NCBI GenBank assembly: GCA_039545335.1
Contig: BCIN01000002.1
Location: 1,563,118 to 1,627,117 of the forward strand
Reading direction: 5' to 3'
Length of the DNA: 64,000 nt
Source of the DNA: Kondoa subrosea
Lineage: Eukaryota
Shown here piece after piece: positions 55,672 to 64,000 of this stretch. Positions within the stretch are counted from its first letter, which is position 1. Every line of letters begins with the position of its first letter. The notes below the pieces were generated by a model, which worked only from the letters and a program-made list of their open reading frames with translations, was not told the origin of the DNA and ran no database searches. Position numbers and translations under genes: made by a program.

Positions 55672-58387
55672 CTAGCGAGATGACAAAGCCTGCAAAAAAA
55701 GTAATCAGCCTAGTCATGAAGTAGTCCAGGCGAAACTAACCTTTTGCAGAGCACGACGCAAGTTGAGGTGGACCTTTTTGAGTTCATCTCCGGATGCATC
55801 TTCCATTTCGAGCTTCTCAAGAGCTGCTGCCAGCTGTTGTTCAATGGCTCCCTTTTGTCCACGCTTCATCTTAGCGCCGAAGTCTGGGCTTGAAATAGTT
55901 TGTTCAACAGTTTGAACGTACTAAGGTTCTGAGTCAGAGAGGTTTCGGAGAGCAAGGGATAATGAACGCACGGTCTCGAGCTCCTGCTTAGCAGTGTGCT
56001 TATCAGAGAATTCCTTGTCCGCAGCCTTGAACTTTTCAGCGTTTGCAACCATCTCGTCAATTTCCGCGCTCGATAGGCGACCGACAGAGTTGGTGATGGT
56101 GATGTTTGCTTTCCTTCCTGATGTGCGATCTTGAGCAGAGACCTTGAGCAGACCGTTTGCGTCAACTTCGAAAGTGCAGACCAATTCAGCTTGACCACGG
56201 GGTTGAGGTGTAATGCCTGAAAGTTCGAACTCGCCCAACAGACGGTTCTCTTTGCATGTAACACGCTCTCCTTCGTAGACTGGGAAAGTGACCGTTGTTT
56301 GCTAAACCAAATCGCATCAGCCGCTGACATGCTAGACAGTAGAAACAATACTCACATTGTCTTCAACGGTGGTGAAAGTTCTCGACTTGTTGGTTGGGAT
56401 AGGGGTATTTCTTGGTACAACTGAAGCGAAGATGTCGCCTTGCATGGCAACACCGAGAGAAAGAGGAGCAACATCGAGAAGAAGAAGATCAGCGGTCTTG
56501 TCTGATGTTTGACCGGTGAGGACGGCTGCCTGAACGGCGGCACCGTAAGCAACGGCTTCATCAGGGTTAATCGACTTGTTGAGTTGACGGCCTCCGAAGT
56601 ACTCGGAAACAAGAGACTGGATCTTGGGAATACGGGTAGATCCACCGACCAATACGATATCGTCAACCTTGGCTTTGTCCATCTTGGCATCTTTCAAGAC
56701 CTTCTCTACTGGCTCGATTGTAGATTTGAATGCAACGGCGTTGATTTCTTCGAAACGAGCGCGGGAGATGGAAGCTTGGAAGTCGGTACCCTATTGACAA
56801 ACATGATTAACACGCTGACTTCTGGCCAAACCTAGAGAAGCTCACTTGGAAGAGAGAGTCGACTTCGATGGTGGTCTGGGTAACACTTGAGAGGGTTCTC
56901 TTGGCACGTTCGCAAGCACTCCTCAATCTCCTCAAAGCACGAGCATCGCCTTCAATGTCCAACTTGTTCTTCTTCTTAAATTCAGCCTTGAAGTGCTCGA
57001 GTAAAGCGTTATCGAAATCTTCACCACCCAAATGTGTGTCACCAGCAGTAGCCTTGACTGCGAACACACCACCAGTAATGGAAAGCAAAGATACATCGAA
57101 AGTTCCTCCTCCAAGATCGAAAATCAAGACATTTCGTTCTGTCTTGGCTTTCTGGTTGCTGGCATCAAGACCGTAAGCGATGGCTGCTGCTGTTGGCTCG
57201 TTGATGATACGGAGAACGTCAAGACCGGCGATTTTACCAGCATCCTTTGTTGACAGACGCTGAGAGTCGTTGAAGCTTTCGACGAGGTTTAGCTCGAGTC
57301 AGGCTTATACGAATGAGACTCACTAAGCTGGTACGGTAACAACTGCCTTCTTTACTTCTGTTCCGAGCTTGGCTTCAGCGATTTCCTTGAGCTTGACCAA
57401 GACCATGGCGGAGATTTCAGCTGGAGAGAAGATCTTTTCTTCGCCTTGGTACTCGACCTTGATGTTTGGTGATCCATCCTTGTCACTGTATACCAGATGA
57501 GCGCGGTCAATTATCGGAGACTATGCAACAGACATGACTTCGAAAGGCCAGTGCTTGATGTCTGCCTTGACTTCTGGGTCGTCGAATCGTCGACCAATAA
57601 GACGCTTGGCATCTGTGCAGAGCGATAAGCTAGAGAAATGGAAGGACTGCGGCACGAAACATACCGAAAACAGTCTGAGCAGATCAATCTGATGTCAGAT
57701 GTTGGTCAGGCCAGAGATGATTGCAAGCTCACGTATTTTGGGTTCATGGCGGCCTGTTGGTTTGAGAGAAACAATTGGACAGGACCCTTTGCTATGCGGA
57801 TTCTGACTAACCTGGTTCTTTGCGGCATCACCAATCAGACGTTCTTCTGAGGTGAAAGCGACATAAGAAGGAGTGGTTCGCTGTTATCTCTTATCAATCG
57901 ATGGGTATATATGCTTGAAGGCAGCACAAACGTTTCCCTCTATATGCGCATAAAATTTTCAGCATTTGCCATCCACTTGCTACAGTTTAACTTACGGTCA
58001 TTTGGAATGATTTCGACTCGATCGTTCTGCCATACACCAACGCTATTCATCCTGCATTAGTCTTCCTCAAATCTTGTACAGAAATCTAGCTAACCATGAG
58101 TAGGTTGTGCCCAAATCAATACTGAAGCCAAGTCTTAGATATGCACTGGTCTAATATGTCTGTAACATACCCGATGGCTCCAGTGAATTCTCCAGACTCA
58201 GGTGCTGCTTGATCGCCGGTTGTAGCGTCTAACAAATCATGGCGCATGAACATGAGCGAACAAGAAATTTGATGCCAGAGACTCTTAACAAACCAATCAA
58301 TTCTGGTGGACCACTAGAGAAGTCACAATGAGCATGTAGACCGAACGCTGTAATGATTTTGACTTGCCTGCTGTCAGAATCAGACAT
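55672..58387 (-). CDS. SSB1: Ribosome-associated cytosolic Hsp70, SSB type
   Basis: [66 protein letters not shown]; ends ...RALQKALSSR* with no EEVD. Confidence 0.95.
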
Positions 58388-59374
58388 GATGAAAATCTGT
58401 TCAACACCAAAGTGATGCGATTAAGGTGCTGCTGATATGTGATATGTACGCTGTGCTCACAGATAGAGTAGAGTGGAAGAGAAAGAGTCGCCGCCGAAGG
58501 GTTGTGGAAAAAAGATGATTTTTGCAAAGATTTCCATCCGAATCAACCGGGTCAACGAGGAACCCCCAGAAGTGCTTCGTCCGCTAGCCTGTGTGGTCTT
58601 GGACGCGATACAGTATACCTGGCTGTAGCCGACGGGAGCGAAGCCCAAGCAGCCTCTTCGCCGCGCTGATTCGCATGAGACTGTATACTCAGGAGAAACG
58701 ATGCAGCAACTTCTGAGTGATGTACAAGCGGAATAGGAGAGAAGTATGAAAACACAAGCAAGGAGACGGGGCATCTTCAGAGTTTCTAGCTGAACAGCAT
58801 GAGTGCTGAAAGATGGGCAAGAGACTTGTAGAGCAGCTGGAACAGCTCTAGGGATGTACAGAGAGTGAAGATAGACTGCTTCAAGCATAAGAGAAGCATT
58901 GCAACCTCAATCCCACGATCGCACTTTCGAGCTAAATTACGTGACGAGGTTCGAAATGATCGAGGTCCACAGAGTCCCACCTGAACAGCAAGAGAGACGT
59001 GTATAGCTAGTCGGCATAGGTGCCAGAGATTGGAAGAGAAAGCGCTGGCCTCAAGGCCCAATTTCGCGAAATCAAACATCTACACTTTTGGAAAAGGGCT
59101 ACCTTTCCTTTCTTCTTCCTCTTCTTCATCATCCTCGTTCGTATCGCAATCCTTTTCACCTCTCGTACGTACAGCTATGTACAGAGTAGTGTCTTGATTG
59201 AGCATACTTTCAGTTGCATCTTTCAGCTTCTCGCATTAGTCCTCCTCGTATCAGTTTATTGACTGCAGTTTCCTACAACACCATCGCTACCTTCACATAA
59301 AGTCACCTTCTCGGTTTGTTTCATTCTAATCTAAATCTTCCTCATCTTCAGCTAATTCTGCTCACATGCAGATC

Positions 59375-59781
59375 ATGGCCAATAGCCAATTTCGGTCTGT
59401 AACAGTCCTCCAACTACTTCTCCTGACTGACAAGCTGGCTTGAGCAGCTCATCTATGTCTCCAAGTGATTCCAGCGCGGATTGTGCCTTGAGATTCGCAG
59501 CTCCTGCTAAGCAATCGAGTTCCACTTCATCAACACCGCTTGCCTCCCTTGCTTCTTCAATTTCCGCATCACCCGGTCAATCACCTTGTACTCCTATATA
59601 CTCGAATCCATCACCTCAATCACCTCCACCTGGCTTGTCAAAGTCTCGTTCATTTGGGCATTGTACTTGTTCATCGACTCCAGCTGTTATAGACAGAATG
59701 AGTTATAGCCAGCTTTCTATCAATTTGCGAGCCTACGTTGGGAATTTACAGTTCAAGGATGTTTTTGTGGGAGATCAATAG
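59375..59781 (+). CDS. Small Ser/Pro-rich hypothetical protein
   Basis: MANSQFR exon plus intron joins the 59440-59781 ORF; long pyrimidine-rich, apparently intron-containing leader upstream. No homology recognised. Confidence 0.4.
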
Positions 59782-59899
59782 CAGTAGCATGCAACGGAAC
59801 AGGATAAGAGTATAGACTATCACATAAATTGTATTGAGATCTCAAATGCACTTTGTAGAGTTCAGGATTTTGCCTTTTGTCGCTATAAGAAAGCAACGA

Positions 59900-60892
59900 T
59901 AGAACTCAAATTGACTTCATCGGATAGGAAGGCAAGTATCTGATGACTTCAGCACCAGCAAAAGACTTGCGACGAGCTGAAAAAGGAGTAGACTATCCTC
60001 ACGAAGATCTCAGAAAGCTCAGAAATTGAACTTCACCAGGCAGGGCTGTGCGCCCAATTAGCAGATCATACGACTTGTATGCGAAAGTTACATGACGAGC
60101 AAAGGAACAGATGCGTCGAAGGAAGACTGCAATAGGCACTGAAAGACGAAAGATTGACATTGATATCCATGTATGCCGAATGAAATGAAAAGGGTAATAG
60201 GTCCTCGGGAATAACTGTACGCAGCAACTGCAATGCATGAGTCAAATCTCACGATGATCATTGCATCGCACCGGAAGCAAAGAGAAGATGAGTTTCAGGC
60301 CTGACTCTTGGACAAGCCCGATGCAAAAGTACGAGCGACAGTTAGAGTGTGCTGGATATTAACCTTCCCAGCCTCTGTGATTGTAATCAGCGCTGTTGAC
60401 TTGCTCTATACATGACCTGCCCTCGTTGGTTTCGTTCTGCCGAATATCGATCATTTTCGTATTCCAGCTATTAACCATTTGGACGGACTACAGCAGATTA
60501 AGAATGAGCACATAGGAAGATTCGGAAAACGGGAGAAACTTACATTGAAGTACTTCCTCGCTTCCCACCTTGTTGACGAAGCGATATCCACAAATTCGCT
60601 TACCGCACCGCAGCTCGAAAGACATACCACACTTTGTACTCCTCAAATAGGTCTGCCATTTTCGCTTGAAGTTCTGATGAATTCCGTCGATACTTGTACC
60701 TTTGCACCTAATGGAAGACTGACCCAGTGATCGCTCCTCGAATTCGCTGCCCGATTTCTCGTACTCTGCTATTAAGCTAGTATCGTCAAAACGCTCAACA
60801 GGCGCGCTGCGGACATAATCAGCGCATGACTCTGGTCGAGCAGAATGAAATGCAATTGACAATGCATCCACAAGCACGATCTTTTGTACCAT
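59900..60892 (-). CDS. Hypothetical multi-exon protein (ends uncertain)
   Basis: 134-aa ORF 60488-60892 followed by several plausible GT-AG-bounded exons. No family recognised. Confidence 0.35.
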
Positions 60893-61186
60893 CTCGGCAG
60901 ATTCAGGAATTCAGAGAGATAGACACAGTGTGAGGACGAGTCAGTGCAGAGACAGAAAAGCACTCTTTCCAACTCTTTCGCGTTTGAAATGAGGACACTG
61001 TTGTTTGGGAGCAACCTTTGGACTGCCTCCTTCTCGCCTCTCGCCTTAGATCTGCCACTGGTCGAGCGGAACCAAGCTGCACACGTACTGGTCTTGTCAG
61101 CAGCGCTGGACAGCCGCCGACAATAACCTTTGCTTCAATCTCTTGTCTCACTCCTGCCCTTTCTCTTATTGCAAGTCGTTATTACT

Positions 61187-62107
61187 ATGTGGGACACGCC
61201 TCAAGAGACGCTCTGCGGTCTCTGTAAAGAGTTCTACAGTCGTGGACTGACCGGTACAGGTGGTGCTATGAGCTTGGTGCAAGAGTCCGTTCTCGCTTGA
61301 TAAGTGACTGTTCTGTCTCATGCTTCCATCATAGAGAACTGGTCTATATCACTCCATCAGGTATAGCTCTCTTCTCATCTTCTTCACTCCTTTAGCTGAA
61401 GCGGTCAGTAGGTGTCGAGAAAGAACGACTTCAACCTGATCACATCTTCATCCTCAACCGCTCAACGCACGACGTAGTTCAAAGTTCGTCAGATCTGAAA
61501 CTCTCCGATTGTGCACCTTTGTTTCATCTATGTCACGAACTGAAGGAAGCGAAATGTTGTATTCATACGCATTCGATTTGGTCCAATTTGGTCAGCAGGC
61601 TTAGTGATGGCAAAGAGTTCAGGATCAAAGATCAGGAGATGATAAAAGGTGTGTTCAAGCAGTGTTGCGAGAGTCTTCTGACTATATTTCTAGGCTTGAA
61701 AAGAGGAGGAGTGAACTCAAGTTACAGCAATACTGATGAGGTAGTGATACCTATTATCGATAAGTATGTCTGTACGAATGTTCTCTCTTGGCTTATTGTT
61801 CATTTCTATGCGCAGCGCACCGACAGAAAGCGAGCTTCTGCCTGGAATGCAAAAGGTATGTTTAAAGTCCATCTGACTTTACTCTTCTCAACGAGGTTGT
61901 ACAGGCATTGCAAAACTATCCTGATGCGCCTTGTGTTCTAGTTCGCGGACATGGCGTCTTCACATGGGGATCAAGTGAGTAAAGTTCAGCTGAAAAGACA
62001 TACTGCTGACCATTTGAATAGGTTGGGTCAAGGCCAAATGTCAACTGGAATGTCTGGACTACCTCTTTGAACTTGCAGTGAGGAAGAAAGGTCTTGGCGT
62101 GTCGTGA
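61187..62107 (+). CDS. MDE1: Methylthioribulose-1-phosphate dehydratase (MtnB/APIP, class II aldolase fold)
   Basis: LCKEFY..TGTGG, TPSGVEKER, SDCAPLF, IHTHS, QEMIKG, PIIDN, LVRGHGVFTWG, ECLDYLFE. Confidence 0.88.
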
Positions 62108-62741
62108 TAAGCAAATGGTGATTCGCGTTCTTTTCACTTCTTGTTCACAAGCTGATGCAGAGTCATAATTAGCATATACCAACTGCATTCGCAAGAGTTC
62201 GGATCTCTCGACTCTCGCGGGCTTTCGAAAAATCGACCAATTCTTGCTTCTGACCACCACTGGACTTTTTTTTGCATGTGAGTTTTCACTTCGACTGTGT
62301 ATTCTCCTCTTCTATCCTCTATTCAAATGATTACAAGAATCATACAGCATTAGAACCGCTACTAGGAAGATCCTTATAAAGGCTCAATGTCTCCTTTTTC
62401 ATGTTTTAATTAGACAATGATTTTATATTTCCTGCATAGTCATCACGGTCTATAAGAGGAATACTGACTATCGTGCAGTTTGCAGGAGCGGAAAGTTCAA
62501 GAGTTGAAGTCTACTTCGTGAAACTTTGCATTAGTGTCATCTGCCCTTTATAGTTGTCTGCCTGCAATAATGAAGGTTGCAACAGCTGTAGAGCTCCTCC
62601 TCTTGCCGTAACCCGCCTGCAGACTTGCTATTGACCTCTTGTATAATTTCGAAAAGTAGTCAAGTTGCTCGCTTTTCTCGTCACTACCATATCTCAAGGC
62701 TAGATATCTACCACACTAGTCTTCTGTATACTACACGGAAC

Positions 62742-63721
62742 ATGTCGCAACGACTTCGCCTGAAACAGCTATCAAAATCCATCGAATTGGCATGCAAGCG
62801 TTCATTATCGACTGAAGCCTCCTCTGCTCCAGAAGCAGACACCATTACCTACACAAGGTCCATACTCGAAGCTCGTTCACGTCGACAGCTTATCTGTATG
62901 TAGCTTCCCCAATCTACACACATACAATGCAATCTTACAGTGCCGTCCTTTTTTTCCAAACAGTACAAGAACTTGGAGCACTAGGATCTACTCAAACTAG
63001 AGAAAACACTTTTCAACCTCATCATACATTACATCGACCAGAAAGTTCACCTACTTTATCCATGCTTTTAGCCAGCACAGCACATTTAGGTCATAATACT
63101 TCTTTAGCTAACGAAGCTTCTTATTCTGCTATTTATGGTACAAGAAATGGGTTCAGCGTTATTGATGTGCGACAGACGTTGAGTGGGTTGAAGAGAGCTT
63201 GTGGGGTTGTTAGAAGTGTGGTAGAGCAAGATGGAACGGTTGTATTCGTCGGTGGTACGCAACAGATAGTGGATGTTAACGCTAAAAGAATGGGAGAGAA
63301 TGGGTTTGGTACTGTCAAGTGGAGACCAGGTTCGTTGGCTTGTGCTAACATCAGATTATTCGCTGATGTGGGAGCACTTCAACAAACAGGAACGATATCT
63401 AACGCCTCGCAAATCTTTCGTACAACCAAAGTCTTCAAACCTTCTCTTCTTATTCTCCTTACACCGCTGAATAACGTATGGGCCCTGAAAGAAGCAACTC
63501 AAGCCAATATTCCAACAATAGGCATTATCGATTCCAACGTGGATCCGCGCTCTGTGACTTACCCTATTCCGGCAAACGACGATTCCATAAGATGCTTGGA
63601 ATTGATTGCTGGTACTTTGGCTTTAGCTGGAAAACAAGGGATGGAAAATCGATTGGCTAAACAGGCAGCAAGGGAATCTGGGCCGCCTGGAAGAGCTAGA
63701 AAGCAGCTCAGGCATCAATGA
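62742..63721 (+). CDS. MRP4: Mitochondrial ribosomal protein uS2m
   Basis: LLASTAHLGH, IYGTRNG..VID, WRPG, IPTIGIIDSNVDP..VTYPIPANDDS; presequence-like N-terminus. Confidence 0.92.
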
Positions 63722-64000
63722 AGACATTTCAAAATAAGTGCGGAACGCTCTTTTAAGAGATTGTTTTCTGGAAGCGCATTTTCCGTTTGCATGATTACGA
63801 CATTTCTGGATACTATTCTGCTTCTTTGAACCTCTTTGTGTCTTTTTCTTCTCTTGTATTATCTCCTTTGGTCCTTTCTCCTCCTTTGCTGTTAGCCAGA
63901 GGATATTTCTCACTGTATCAGAACATTTTGTCGTCCTTACTCCTACTTGAGCACATGTCATTCTCGATTGTGTCTCTGATCGTAGGGCAGAAGTATGATG

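Noticed and set aside
58386..58435. Plus-strand ATGATGA...CTGA near the SSB 5' end (Hsp70 introns can host snoRNAs)
   Set aside because: Antisense to SSB, overlaps its start codon, and is too short.
58457..59262. Several ORFs and the 12-bp palindrome ATTTCGCGAAAT (59061-59072) upstream of SSB
   Set aside because: No coding signature; a single short palindrome is expected by chance in 64 kb.

Overview
Gene-dense, intron-rich eukaryotic DNA, most likely a basidiomycete fungus (inferred from protein families and the many ~45-70 nt GT/GC-AG introns; the exact taxon cannot be fixed from this window). About 28 protein-coding genes were spliced by eye, so their boundaries are approximate. They include a peroxisomal-type acyl-CoA dehydrogenase, a CNBP/Gis2 zinc-knuckle protein, YME2, an amino-acid permease, TIP20/RINT1, a GNAT acetyltransferase, Nup155/170, a RAD51D-like paralog, two F-box/LRR proteins, mitochondrial PheRS, Osh6/7, DBP3, a MATE transporter, BTN1/CLN3, a MYND-finger protein, a tandem aryl-alcohol/aryl-aldehyde dehydrogenase pair, MCM3, SGF11, a Tos4/Plm2-like protein, an AlkB-family dioxygenase, a UPF1-like helicase, Hsp70 SSB, MDE1/APIP and mitochondrial uS2m. 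I recognised no rRNA, tRNA, CRISPR array or intact transposon. The most unusual element is the helicase at ~51.5-55.3 kb, which appears to fuse a catalytically degenerate RNase D/WRN-type exonuclease domain, an SF1B helicase and two LOTUS/OST-HTH-like C-terminal repeats. Other highlights are a Gis2/CNBP gene with an in-frame mitochondrial-presequence-like extension, micro-exons of 3-10 nt (one completes a zinc knuckle, one keeps a PTS1 in frame) and an xylB/xylC-like aromatic dehydrogenase pair.
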